Source: Okamejei kenojei (Eukaryota). Taken from it: DNA of 64,000 bases. Below the pieces are notes generated by a model, which saw only the letters and a program-made list of their open reading frames with translations, had not been told where the DNA came from and did not search any database. The translations under genes and the position numbers were made by a program. Below are positions 36,676 to 49,252 of this stretch, piece by piece (position 1 is the first letter of the stretch; every line of letters starts with the position of its first letter). The stretch covers positions 9,486,001 to 9,550,000 of the forward strand of contig CM069131.1 in assembly GCA_035221665.1 (NCBI GenBank), read 5' to 3'.

Positions 36676-37167
36676 TGGGGCTGTCCCACTGCAGCGTCCA
36701 AATTGGCGAGTTTAGAAGAGTTTAGGAGAGTTTGAAAAAGTGTCATGTTGAAGACCTCCTTCGACTATGTAGAAGACCTCCTTCGACTATGTAGAAGACC
36801 TCCTTCGACTAGCTACGGGAAGATTGGACACCGAACAGTGGAGAGTGAAGACGACCTCCTTCGTTCTCCTTCGACCTCTCTTCGACCTTGTTGAAGACTA
36901 TCTACGACTACCTTCGACCACCCTCGATTACCTACGAATAACATGCCGACCTACTGCGACCTACTTCGACTAAACCTACGTGTAAAAAAAATATTGTTTT
37001 TTTCCATGGCGACCTAGCTGAGGCCTCGAGTACGCGGGGACTACTCTCAAGCATGAAGGAGAGTTACAACGACCTCCTAGGACCTCGTGTCGACCATGTT
37101 GCGAGTATGAGCCGAGGGCAAACTCTTCTAAACTCGCCAATTAGGTCGCTGCAGTGGGATAGCCCCT
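36676..37167. mobile_element. PIF/Harbinger-like MITE
   Basis: TIRs GGGGCTGTCCCACTGCAGCG / CGCTGCAGTGGGATAGCCCC; TAA on both flanks; internal 22-bp tandem repeat GAAGACCTCCTTCGACTATGTA. Confidence 0.85.
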
Positions 37168-37287
37168 TAAACATTTTACACATTGACAAGTGCTTTATAA
37201 GGGGCCGTAACATTGCACATTAAAACTTTGGCCAGGGTGATGGGAGATGATTTGCCAATCTCACTGAGGAATGAGTGTGCGTTCCAT

Positions 37288-37612
37288 CTTAGTTTAGTTT
37301 AGTTTAGAGATACAGCATGGAAACAGAGTCCGCACCGACCAGCGAGTCTGCATCGACCAGCAATCCCCACACGTTAACGCTATCCTACACACACTCGGGA
37401 CAATTTACACTTATACCAAGCCAATTAACCAACAAACCTGTACGTCTTTGGAGTGTGGGAGGAAACCGAAGATATCGGAGAAAACCCACGCGGTCACGGG
37501 CAGAACGTGCAAACTCCATACTGACAACACCCGTAGTCGGGATCGAACCTGGGTCTCCGGTGCTGCAAGCGCTGTAAGGCAGCAACTTTCCCTCTGCGCC
37601 ACTGTGCCGCCG
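37288..37612 (-). mobile_element. V-SINE
   Basis: Same family; has an 18-bp internal tandem duplication at ~37327-37362. Confidence 0.88.
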
Positions 37613-38914
37613 TTCTACCAAAATAGGAGTTCTGGAGTGATACATCTCCCTCCAGGTGTTTTGTGAAACATTGGAAGAACTCTTGAAGCAAATCACATCT
37701 CCCCTCGCCAGTAAATTCTGTGAATCAATAGAGAGAAAACTGCCGAAGGTTGTTAGCAACAGTAATGCAGCATTTTCTTAAGGATTACTTTTCTTCAGTG
37801 GTCTTCACGCTTCCCATGTGATCTTCTGGCAGCTTTACTGGTTATGGTCATGGATTATTTCTTAAACCCTGTCACACTTATGCACATGAGACCCTATTTT
37901 GAGTATTTATTCTATTTGATAAATAAGCAGAACTGTCAAAAAAGATCACAAGGGAGGCTACTATCCCTGAATTCACATGCCACCTCTTTAGAATACAAAG
38001 CAACTAAGCTTGGATCAAGAAACAAATTGATTTTCTATATATTTGAACAATGTGTATGTTTTACATTTTTCCTTGGGCAAGGACTTGCTTGGAACCGTTT
38101 ATGTTGCACTTCTGATGAATTGTATTGGTGCATTTGGAGCAACACTAAACTGATTTTTGGGTTAGTATGTTCATATTTGCTTTTGTTCTAACTTCTGTAG
38201 AATTTGGCTCGGTGGCAAGTGCTTTAGATGCCAAACGTGTTGCGTTGCTTCCAAAATGGAATCGTAAGCATATGTACAACATGGTGCAAGGCTGGATGAC
38301 ATACTGATGAGGGTTTCAGAATACTTTTTAAAATATTAGTTTATTCATGACATGGGGGCATCATTGACAATTGAGTCATAGAATGATACAGTGTTATAAC
38401 ATGTCCTACAGCCAAACTTGCCCACACCGGCCAACATGTCCCAGCTACACCAGTCCCACCTGCCTGCGTTTGGCCCGTATCCCTCCAAACCTGTCCTATC
38501 CATGTACCTGTCTAACTGTTTCTTAAATGTTGGGATAGTTCCAGCCTCAACAACCTCATCTGGCAGCTTGTTCCATACACCCACCACACTTTGTGTGAAA
38601 AAGAAACCCCATTGATTCCTATTAAATCTTTTCCCCTTCACCTTCAATCAATGGCCTCTTGTCCTCCATTTGCCTACTCTGGGCAAGATACAATGCCAAG
38701 AGTTATTGTCAGTTGATTGCAGCCACAATTACAATCTTTAGAAGGCATATGGCCAGGTGCGTGGATCAGAGAAGCATAAAGGATTGTATGTTTAATGCTG
38801 GAAAATGGGGTTAGCATAGTTTGGCATCAAGGTTAGTGCGGAGAAGGTGGGATGAAAGGGCTTACTTCAGTGCTGTCTGATTCTGTTTCTATAAAAAATT
38901 TACACTTGGACCAA

Positions 38915-39118
38915 GTGTGTAGAAAGGAACTGTATTTGCTGGTTTAAACCAAAGGTAGACACAAAAAGCTGAAGTAACTCAGCATCTCTGGAGTAAAGGA
39001 ACAGGGACGTTTCGGGCCGAGACCCTTCTTCAGACTTACTCGACCTGAATCGTCACCTGTTCCTTTTCTCCAGAGATGCTGTCTGACCAGTTGAGTTACT
39101 CTGTCTTTTTGTGTCTAT
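38915..39118. mobile_element. Fold-back Penelope-derived mini-element; intact hammerhead core on minus strand (39006-39033)
   Basis: 12-bp TSD CACTTGGACCAA (38903-38914 / 39119-39130); inverted tails. Confidence 0.82.
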
Positions 39119-39376
39119 CACTTGGACCAAACTGGGTAAGGAACTGCAAATTTACTTCCTTGGAGTACATAATTGAACCGAAACATGTTAATAAGATTAA
39201 ACGAGAACTTACCAGTTTGAAGTTTGATCTTTATTTTATGAGGAGTTACGATGAGCGATTACGTGAAGAATCCTGCCAGCCCGCATGTGCGTCAATCTTC
39301 AAAGCAGCAGTGTGAAATCACAGGTAACAATAATTGAAGTAACATAGTAAGACCAGAAACTTAGAATTACCAGATG

Positions 39377-40490
39377 TAACAATGTTACAAAATTTTGAGA
39401 TTTTAAAAATCAAGTCTGCAATTTATCCCAACAGATAAAGCATAAAAAGAAGTTTAATTTGACACCTAATTCACTTTCATATCTTCAGTATTATAAAAGT
39501 TATGGCCATTTTCATACTCGGAAATTAGCAACTTATTTCCTATTGCTTTTCTATTGACTTAACACAAAAGTTGTGATCGAGGACAGTCAAAAGCCCATAA
39601 CTTTCTTAAAAATTAAGAGAATTAAAATAAATTTTCAGTTATTATAGATTGAATTCTGAAAACAAATATATTGGGTACACAAAAAGCTGGAGAAAACTCA
39701 GCGGGTGCAGCAGCATCTAAATATAGGCGACGTGTTCGGGTCGAGAAGACAATCTTACTTGGATGCCCTGAAATTAAAGCATATAATTAGTTAGTTACCC
39801 AATTGCAGCTGATTACAAAATTCAATTACTAGATCCAAACATCTATCCATTTCTTAAGAAAAAATTAAAAATAACATTTTTTTAAAGCCTAAGTGTCCAA
39901 TTAACATTCACACAATAATTCATAATATAACATGATTTTTCAAATCTAATTGTCATTAATTTATAGGCCAAATTGAAGGAATTTAGTGTTTAATGCCTGC
40001 AGATTAATGGCCATTTAAAATCAGCTTGCGAGTGGGATTTTCTGGAACGCGATGGATTGGAATGTTGCGATTGCGGTGAATTTAAACCCCATATCGGCAG
40101 GAAAAATTCTGCCAGTTCATATGGGGAATAAATCATCGTTTCGCAACATAAAATGTTGATTAAGGTCATCTAAAAAAGCAGGTTTATATGTAAAAATAAA
40201 CAGCTTTCACTTACCTGTCCCCTACGTAAAATCCGTCCCCGTTGTCGGCGTTCACGGCATTAGGAGCTAATTTTTATTTTACTCCAGCGCTGAAATAGTC
40301 GGGCTATTTTTTTTTAAATTAACTTACCGGCAGTCGGAACAAATCTCTAGAAATAGCTCGCACTCCGAGAAAATAAAGCTCCGGATGGCTTTGGAAAACC
40401 GCATTTCCAAAAATTCCGAAACCGCATTTCGCGCACACGGCCAGTAACAGAACTGCAGCACCGCTAAAGGTACGTTTTATAACATACCTA
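39377..40490. mobile_element. Unclassified non-autonomous DNA transposon inserted in the DIRS element
   Basis: Direct repeat TACCAGATG (39368-39376 / 40489-40497); imperfect TIR TAACAATGTTACAAAA / TTTTATAACATACCTA; small PLE tail inside at ~39672-39746. Confidence 0.7.
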
Positions 40491-40529
40491 CCAGATGACC
40501 TTTGTGATATGAGGCTTGGGAGCGGTGGG

Positions 40530-40639
40530 CACGTAATCGCTCATCGTAACTCATAAAATAAATATCAAACTTCAAACTGGTAACTTCTCGTTTAATCTTA
40601 CTATTTTACTTCGGAGTCACGCGAGTGATTCCGTGAAGA
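40530..40639. repeat. DIRS internal complementary region (ICR)
   Basis: 40530-40600 is the reverse complement of 39192-39265; 40604-40639 is the reverse complement of 44128-44163 (35/36 match). Confidence 0.9.
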
Positions 40640-43600
40640 GTTCAAAGCTTCTGTGATTTCATGCCATAGATACGAATCTAGGCATCTCACTGCATCGACT
40701 GACCCAGGATTAGTGAATAATGAACAATGCACTGAACCATGGCATTGATTTGAACATGTGAATGGTTTATTTAACAAAGAAAAAACAATAGCTACCCCTC
40801 TCTCCCAGTAGGACACTATGAAACAGAACCTAAAATAGACTGTGCGAATACCCCCGGTCCAGTAAGCGGCTTGTTATTGAATCTTTGAAAAGTCAGTTCA
40901 TTTGACCATCCTGCGGCCACCAGGATGTGGTCGAGAGGGACGTCCATTGCCCTCGCTGCTGACGTTGATGCCGCCCTGGTGGAGTGAGATTTTAAATTGT
41001 CAGTGTCCACTCCTGCACAAACCAGAACCTGTTTCAGCCATCTTGAAATGGTCTGTACTGACACTTTCTTGTGCGGCTTTTTGTGGCTGATAAATAATGC
41101 TGATTCTGAGCCTCTGAGGCTCTTGGTGACCTTAATATAATGTTGCAGGTGCGAGACTACACACAATCGTAAATCCGTGGGGTATGCCGAAAAAGTAACC
41201 TTGAACCCTGACACCCCTGGTCTGCTCTGTTTAATTAAATCATAAATGTAAAACGTAACGTTATTCCCAGATGACACCACCCTGTCCAGTTGCAGCTTCT
41301 GCAACGTCTGGACCCGTTGCGCTGAAACCAGCGCCATTAGCATGACCACCTTTAGGGTGATTTTGGGCAAAGACAGAGATGTGGCTGGAGCCCACTGATG
41401 AAGCAGCGCGAGTACCACGCTCGCATCCCAGATTTCAGAGTACCTGGGCCTGGAGGGATTGGAATTAAAAATACCCTTCATAAACCGGGTATTAAAGGGT
41501 GAGATCCAACAGAATGTTGTTCCGACCCCAACCATAAATAAGATAACAGGGCACTTCTGCCACTATTGATGGCGCTATAGCTCAACCCTTCATAAAAATA
41601 TAGTGTTGACAGAAACTCTAGCACATCTGAGATGCGTGCCGTGTGATATATTATATTCCCCCGTAAAAAGAACACCTCCCATTTCCTGACATGAGCGATG
41701 TACTGTTTTTTGGTACTAACCCTCCAGGCCCAGTGATCACATCCACGGTACGATCGGATAGTCCAAGCCCCAGGTATGGTCTCCTTAGAATCTGCAAATC
41801 AATAGATCAATACGCTCATATAATGGATGTTGTTCCCCAGTTACAGGGTGCACCAGTAGATTACTACATTTCGGGACAGTCATAAATGGCTGTGTTATTA
41901 TTCCCAAAACAAGTGGGAACCATGGCTGAGAAGGTACCACCAACACTCCTGAGGCGGAGTCCTGCTTGATTTTGAGCGTGCACCCACTAATGAGGGAAAA
42001 TAGGGGAAATGCATATAAAAACATTCCACCCCAGTGTAGCGAGAATGCATCTACCACTACTGCCCCTGGGTCTGGTTCCCATGAAGCATACTTTGTAAAT
42101 GGTGATTGAGTCTGGATGCAAACAAATCGATATCTGGCATCCCATACCGGGCAACAATATCATTAAATACATCATGATTCAACATCCATTCTGTGTTGTC
42201 ATTGAATTTGTGTGACCTGGTGTCCGCCACCATGTTGAATCTACCTGGTAGGTAGATAGCTGAAATCCAAATGTTTCTTGTAATACACCAGTGCCAAATA
42301 AGATTAGCCAATCTATCACAAGATTCCGACTTGATTCTACCCATGTAATTAACATACTCCACTGGCGTAGTGTTGTCAATCTGAAGCTGGACATGCACGT
42401 GATGCATACTGGTACAATAAGCCTTAAGACCATAGAATGCTCCCAACTTATCTAAATAATTAATCCCATATGATTGAAGAATAAATGCCTCATGCTTATT
42501 CCATCTGCCTCCACAGCTAGAGATGGTATCAGTACCACCCCACCCTAGGGCACTAACATTAGTGTGTAAAACAACTGAAGGCTTCTCAATCAGAACTTTA
42601 CCGGAGAAATTCGAAATGTTCAATATCCACCACTGCACTTCAGCAATGGCTTCAGCTGGTAATTGCATGGGCCTGTTAAAATGACCTGCATTTATCCCGA
42701 GTGCCTGCTCCTTTGCGCGTCAAGCTGGCCACCTGTCTAATTGAAGGTTGCTGCTCCACCATTAGCTTGTTACAGCCTTCAATTAAGTCTAATCTCTTGC
42801 CCCTGGGCAGATTCAGACATGTGAGTTGATTTAATAGTGCATCCCAAATAATCAATCTCTAACTGGTATCAATTTGGATTTAACTGGATGGATGAGGAAC
42901 CCCAATCTCTCAAACATGAGTTTAACAGCTGAAACAGGTAATTCAGCTGCTTCCCGAGTCTCCCCTATGATTAAGATATCATCCAAATAAGCCATTATAA
43001 TATGACTCTGAGCCCATAGTAGCCCCAATACTGGTTTTAACAGTTTTGGAAATAGTCTAGAGGTCGAGGTTAACCCATTAGGCAATGCTTTAAATTGTCA
43101 TAATTGCCTCATCCAGCTAAACTTCAAATATCTCCGATGATCCTTATGAACAGGCACTGAATAATATGCATCTTTAAGGTCTATACATTGCATATAACAT
43201 CCTCTGGAAATCAGTTGTTTGGCAGTAACAAAGGTTTCCATTTTGAAATGTTTATACTGCATAAAGGGATTAAGGCTTGTTAAGTCAAGGATGATTTGAC
43301 ATCCCCCATCCTTCTTTGGCCTAGGAAAAATATTAGACACGAATTGGTGAGATTGGTGAACCGTCTTCTCAATTACCCCTATTTTCTATAATTATTTTTA
43401 TCCTCTGAAGCCTCATTTCATGAGCTCGGATACCTACGCCCTCGTTACCCCAGATGGCGTGGTTAACTGCCGGCACTTTGAGCGGGACACAGTTGGCAGG
43501 GGTCACATATTTTATGAATGTTTCCTCCATAGTATGCTCTTGAAGCTGGTGTGAGGCCAGGTAATTAATACTTGCGGTCAACTCTTCACCCAGAGGTTCC

Positions 43601-44767
43601 CCTGTTTCTGTGGGAATAGCAAATCTTGCTGCCAGGAATGGCACCTCGGCTCGTGCCTTTCATCCCCTGGGGTAAGCTCCACGGCTATACCCACGGACTC
43701 GGCGTCTTGGTGGAGACACAAATAAAATCCTGACACGCTCGGAGGGGAACCCTCCTGGGCCTGCAGACTTTTTGGTGGCTTTCCGCCCCAATGGAGCAGG
43801 CACAGTTCTCTCAGGCACCAAGTCTGCAGTCGCTGGTCGTACCGCCAGCGACCCGGTATGTGAGATAGGCGGCCGCCCGCTACCCGCACTCCTGCAGTCT
43901 TCCACAGCTACTCTCCCGGCGGCTCACCTTGACTTCACCTTCGACGCTCTCTCCACACTCGACCTTGTCTCCTGAAAGAAGAATTGCCAAGCACAGAAAG
44001 CGACCTCCGACTAAGTTTAACACTTACCTGAGGGTTTTTAAACTTACCGCTGGAAGAGCGGTGTACCTCCCAGCCGGTCGCTGCGGCATGCATCAGACGT
44101 AATGACGCGCATGCGGGCTGGCGCGATTCTTCACGGAATCACTCACGTGACTCCGAAGTAAAACATGTCACTGATACCATTGCTTAGATTGTCATTTAAA
44201 AAAAAAATCATATTCATTTAGTTAGGTGGAATATAAATTCTCCCAGTTGCCAAGGTGAGGTTAGAACTGATGTCCCTGCCTCACCGATCTGGACTGTGAC
44301 GGCGAGATTCAAGAAATGACTAGAGCCAAAATGTCACCTATCCATTTTCTTCAGAGATGCTGCCTGACCCGTTGAGTCACTCCAACATTTTAGTGTCCAT
44401 CTTTGGTATAAACCAGCATCTGCAGTTCCTTGTTATTCTCATAATTTACAGTTATATCAGTGTACACCCACTGTGGTCATGCTGGAAATAAATAGACTGG
44501 ATCCAGTCATTTTCCATTGCCTGTTTGATGCCAGAACCATTATTTTGGAGCTCAATGCCATCAATGCCTTCTGTGGCCATTCAGATAATAATCTGACTTC
44601 CTGAGTAGCACAACTGCAGCATCTCGGGTTCAATCCTGTTCTCAGGCGCTAAGTGCATGGAGTTTCCACGCCCTTCTGCGAGAGCAGGACTTTCCTCGGG
44701 GAGGTTGACAAAAGTGCTGGAGAAACTAAGCGGGTGCAGCAGCATCTATGGAGCGAAGGAGATAGGC

Positions 44768-44795
44768 GACGTTTCGGGCCGAAACCCTTCTTCAG
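44768..44795 (-). ncRNA. Minimal hammerhead motif variant with UUCG loop
   Basis: Minus strand CUGAAGA-A-[GGGU UUCG GCCC]-GAAAC-GUC in a PLE tail (44705-44800). Confidence 0.65.
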
Positions 44796-44952
44796 ACTGA
44801 TCAGCGGTAAAGTTTCTGCTTTACAGCAAATGCAGTGCCGGAGACCCGGGTTCGACCCCGACTATAGGTGCTGTCTGTACAGAGTTTGTACGTTCTCCCC
44901 GTGACCTGCATGGGTTTGCTCAGAGATCTTTGGTTTCCTTGGGCAGCTCTGA

Positions 44953-45247
44953 TTAGTTTAATTTAGTGACACAGCACTGAAACAGGCCCTTCGGCCCACT
45001 GAGTCCGTCCCGCATATTAACACTATCCTACACACACTAGGGACAATTTTACATTTATACCAATCCAATTAACCTACGAACCCGTACCTCTTTGGAGTGT
45101 GGTAGGAAACCGAAGATCTTGGAGAAAACCCACGGAGTTCATGGGGAGAACGTACAAACTGCGTACAGACAGCACCCGCAGTCGGGATCGATCCCGGGCG
45201 TCCGGCGTTGAAAGGCAGCAACTCTCCCACTGCGCCACTGTACCGCC
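44953..45247 (-). mobile_element. V-SINE
   Basis: V-domain and tRNA head on the minus strand; preceded by + strand SINE fragments at 44590-44940. Confidence 0.85.
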
Positions 45248-46020
45248 CTCCGTGCCGAAACCATCTAGTTTCTTCCCAGTTCACCAAAGATGTGCATTTG
45301 CCCACTCACTCGATCTGTCCAAATCAACACTGTAGCTTCTCTGCATTCACCTCAAGGCTTACCTTCACATTCAGCTTTGAGTTCATTGTTAATGTGGGGC
45401 CATACCTTTAATTCCCTCATAGAAATCATTCATGCATATTGTGAGTAGCTAGGGTCCCAGCTCTCAACCCTACGATCTCCTCTCACCACTGCCTGGTTAT
45501 TCAATTTCTATCCACATCACTGCCTTAATTTGATTAGTACGGGTGTCTGGGGTTATGGGGGAGAAGGCAGGAGAATGGGGTTAGGAGGGAGAGATGATGG
45601 CGAAGTAGACTTAATGGGCCGAATGTCCTAATTCTGCTCCCATCACTTATGACCTTAATGCAATACATGTGCTTTAATTTTGCACATCTGACCTCTTTTG
45701 TGGGATCTTATCAAGGTTTTTTTCTGTATGCAAATATATTACATGCACCAGTTTTCCTTAACCTATTCTGTCAGTTACATCCTCATAGATTCCAGTAGAT
45801 TTGTGAAACATGATTTCCCTTTTACAGATCCATGCCCAATCATGTCACTTAGTTTCTCTGGGTGCTCAGCTATTAGATATTTTATCATGTCTGGCAGCAG
45901 CTTCTCCTGAGATGCCGCCTGACCCAATAAGTTACTCCACCATTTTGTGTCTATCTTTGGTGTAAAACAGCATCTGCAGTTCCTCCCTGAAATCTCCAAT
46001 ACTGATGTTGGACAAATTCA

Positions 46021-46337
46021 GCGGTCACTGTGGCGCAGCGGTAGAGTTGCTGCCTTACAGCGAATGCGGCGCTAGAGACCCGGGTTCGATCCTGACTACG
46101 GGTGCTGTCTGAACAGAATTTGTATGTTCTCCCCGTGACCTGCGTTGGTTTTCTCCGAGTTCTTCGGTTTCCTCCCACACTCCAAAGATGTGCAGGTTTG
46201 TAGGTTAATTGGCTTGGTAAATGTAAAAATTGTCCCTAGTGTGTGTAGGATAGTGTTAATGTGCGGGGATCACTGGTCGGCGCGGACCCAGTGGGCTGAA
46301 GGGCCAGTTTCCATGCTGTGTCTCTAAACTAAACTAA
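46021..46337 (+). mobile_element. V-SINE, full length
   Basis: tRNA head, V-domain, (CTAAA)n tail. Confidence 0.9.
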
Positions 46338-46779
46338 TAATCTACAATTTCCTGTATACTCTATGACTTTTTTTTTTAAAGATTGGGGTTACATCAGTTT
46401 CGATCCTTTGAAATGGTTCCAGTCTCTGAAAAAAACTTGTAAATAACCTCAAATGCATTCACTATTCCAGGACAACTTTCTTTAGTGTTCTGTGATGCAG
46501 ACTTGTGTCGGATTTGCCTATATATTTTATCCTTCAATTTTCCTCAGGTCATTCTTCTACAAGTAGAGATTTCATTTTTTTCCCTTCCTCTTCCTAAATC
46601 CTGTTATCCCCAACTTTTCTGGGAAGTTATTTGTAATCTCCTATATTAAACCAGAACAGAGCGTGAATCTTGGGTACACACAAAATGCTGGAGTAACTCA
46701 GCGGGTGAGGCAGAGAAGGAATGGGCGTCGTTTTGGGTTGAGACTCTTCTTCAAACTGTTTCAGGTCAAGACCATTCTT

Positions 46780-46875
46780 GGTATGTCTACTTTGAAGAAT
46801 TTCTCCTCAAGGTATGTCTAGTTTGAAGAAGTTCTCGTCAAGGTATATCTACTTTGAAGAAGTTCTCCTCAAGGT
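46780..46875 (+). repeat. 31-bp tandem repeat x3
   Basis: GGTATGTCTACTTTGAAGAA(G/T)TTCTCCTCAA at 46780, 46811, 46842. Confidence 0.9.
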
Positions 46876-46954
46876 GTGAATCTCTGTATGTATTTATTTA
46901 TTTAGCATCATTGAGCCACTTAGAATGGCAATAGGCTCCGGGAGGGGAGTGGCA

Positions 46955-47255
46955 AAGTCTAGGAACAGAGGTCATAGCCTCATTATTAAAGGACGTTCCT
47001 TTGGGAAGGAGATGAGGAGGAATTTCTTTAATCAGCGGGTGGTTAATCTGTGGAATTCATTGTCACAGAAGGCTGCGGAGGCCAAGTCAATGAATATATT
47101 TAAGGCAGAGATAGATAGATTCTTGATTAGTACAGGTGTCAGGGGTTACGGGGAGAAGGCAGGAGAATGGGTGTAGGAGGGAGAGATAGATCAGCCATGA
47201 TTGAATGCCGGAGTAGACTTGATGGCCTAATTCTGCGTCTATCACTTATGAACAT
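46955..47255 (+). mobile_element. CR1-type LINE 3' end
   Basis: SRNRGHSLIIKGRSF..QRVVNLWNSL. Confidence 0.85.
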
Positions 47256-48994
47256 GGTCTTAGGATCTTTGACCCAACTTGTACACCCTGGCCAAATTAC
47301 TTAATCAAGCTGGTCCCATTTGCTTGCACCTGGCTCTTATGCCTCCAAAACGTTCCTATCCATGTACTTGCCAAAGTGCTTTTTTAACATCATTGTTGCA
47401 CCAACCTCTGCCACCTTTTGCAGTTCATTCCATGTATGCACGAACCTCTGTGTGAAAAAGTTGTCTCCCAGGTCCCTTTTCTCCTCCTCACCATAAACCT
47501 ATGCCCTATATTTTTAGACTACCTGACTCTTTGGAAAAGACTGTAGCTTTTCACCTTTTCTATGCCTCTATGATTTTTTATATGGTTATACCCCTCAGCC
47601 TCGTCCGTTCTAGGGAATAAAACTCAGCTTTTATAGCTTCTCCTCGAAAACCTGCAGTCCCAGTGACGTCCTTGCTTAACTTTCTTGCACCCTTTCCAAT
47701 TAGATGTCATGCTTCCTGTACGATACGATATGATACCATAGAGCTTTATTCATCCCCGGAGAGAAATTGGTCTGACGACAGCCATAACACACAAAATTAA
47801 AATTAAATTAAAAGTGAAAATGTGAACTGAAGCTGGGCGACCAGAACTGTGCATGACATTCTAAATGTGCCGACTAACTTATTGTAAAGCAAATATCTCA
47901 ACTCCTGTATTTGATGCTCTGACCAATGAAAGGAAGCATGCCAATGGCTTAAAAAGGAACTGCAGATGCTCGAAAGGGTTTCGCCCCGAAACGTTGCCTA
48001 TTTCCTTCGCTCCATAGATGCTGCCTCACCCGCTGAGTTTCTCCAGCATTTTTGTCTACCTATGCCGATGGCTTCTTTGCCACTCTGTCCACCTGCCTCA
48101 CCACCTTCATGGAACGATTTACCTGTGGATAGACACAAAGCGATGAACTAACTCAGTGGGTCAGGCTGCATCTCTGGAGAAAATGACTTACTCGAGCACT
48201 TTCAGTCTGTCTTGGGTATGAACCAGATGCTGTCGCTATCTTCACTATTTACCGATGGAACTAGATATAACTTACTAACCACATCAATTACATTCACATC
48301 CAAACCGTGAATCTAAATAATGAAAAACATTGGATCTATCAATGTACAGATAGCCCACCCTGTCCATGCTAACCAAATTAACATATTGGGTTGGTCGCAT
48401 CTGCCCACGTTTGTGCCCTAATCCCTCTAAATCCTTCCTCTATTTCTTACCTTCACGCCTATTTAATATCCAATTGGCTAGCTCGTCCTGGTCATTTAAC
48501 CTTCCAGACCAGCCTACCATCTGCTACCTTGATAAAGGCTTTGGTAAAGACCATGCACAAAACAAGTATTGCTTTCCCCTCCTGAATCTTCACCGTGACC
48601 TCTTCAAAAAACTCAATCCAATTTGTGAAGTGCAATTTACTCCTGTCCTTCAGAATTTTAATTCCAATAATTTGTTCCCCATGGATGTTAGAGTCTTTGG
48701 CTGCCTTGTCCCTTCTTGAATAATGATGCAAAATTCGGCTTTGTCCTATCATCCGTTGTCCTATCATTCCCACAAAAAAAAAAAAATCCCCACATCGATC
48801 TCAGTGGTGCACCCCTATCAATACACCTGTAAAAATACCCATTCATGCTTTATCCCAATTTCCTGCCAGCCAGCTTATCTCCTATCCATGCCAAAAGATC
48901 ACCTTTTTTATTCTCAACAATTTTTGCTGCGACACCTCATCAAATGATTTCTGAAATCATAGTGTACTAATTCCTCTTTTATACTTAAAGCAAT

Positions 48995-49252
48995 TATTTA
49001 GTTTAGTTTACTTTAGTTTAGTTTGGAGAGTAAGCAGAAACAGGCCCTTTGGCCCACCGAGTCCGCACCGACCAGCACATTAACACTATCCTACACACAC
49101 TCGGGACAATTTACACTTGCACTGTCAATAAGTGAAACCAAAGATCTCGGAGAAAACCCACGCAGGTCATGGGGAGAACATCCAAACTCCCTACAGACAG
49201 CACCCGTAGTCGGGATCGAACCTGGGTCTCCCCCGCTGCGCCACCGTGCCGC
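48995..49252 (-). mobile_element. V-SINE (internally deleted)
   Basis: (TTTAG)n tail, partial V-domain and head. Confidence 0.8.

Larger units (their letters stand above)
39190..44163 (-). mobile_element. DIRS1-type tyrosine-recombinase retrotransposon, structurally complete, ORFs decayed
   Basis: gag-like 43369-43975; RT (PKKDGG..ILDL, IDLKDAY, YLDD) 42852-43340; RNase H + MT-like (DNTT, DIDLFASRLN) 41785-42668; YR (HSTRAASTS..AAGW) 40816-41675; inverted termini and internal complementary region. Confidence 0.92.

Noticed and set aside
40816-41535. Phage-integrase-like ORF suggesting prophage or contamination
   Set aside because: It is the tyrosine recombinase of the DIRS element, collinear with RT/RNase H and bounded by ITR/ICR
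46780-46875. 31-bp repeats of CRISPR-like length
   Set aside because: Head-to-tail with no spacers, eukaryotic context, no cas genes
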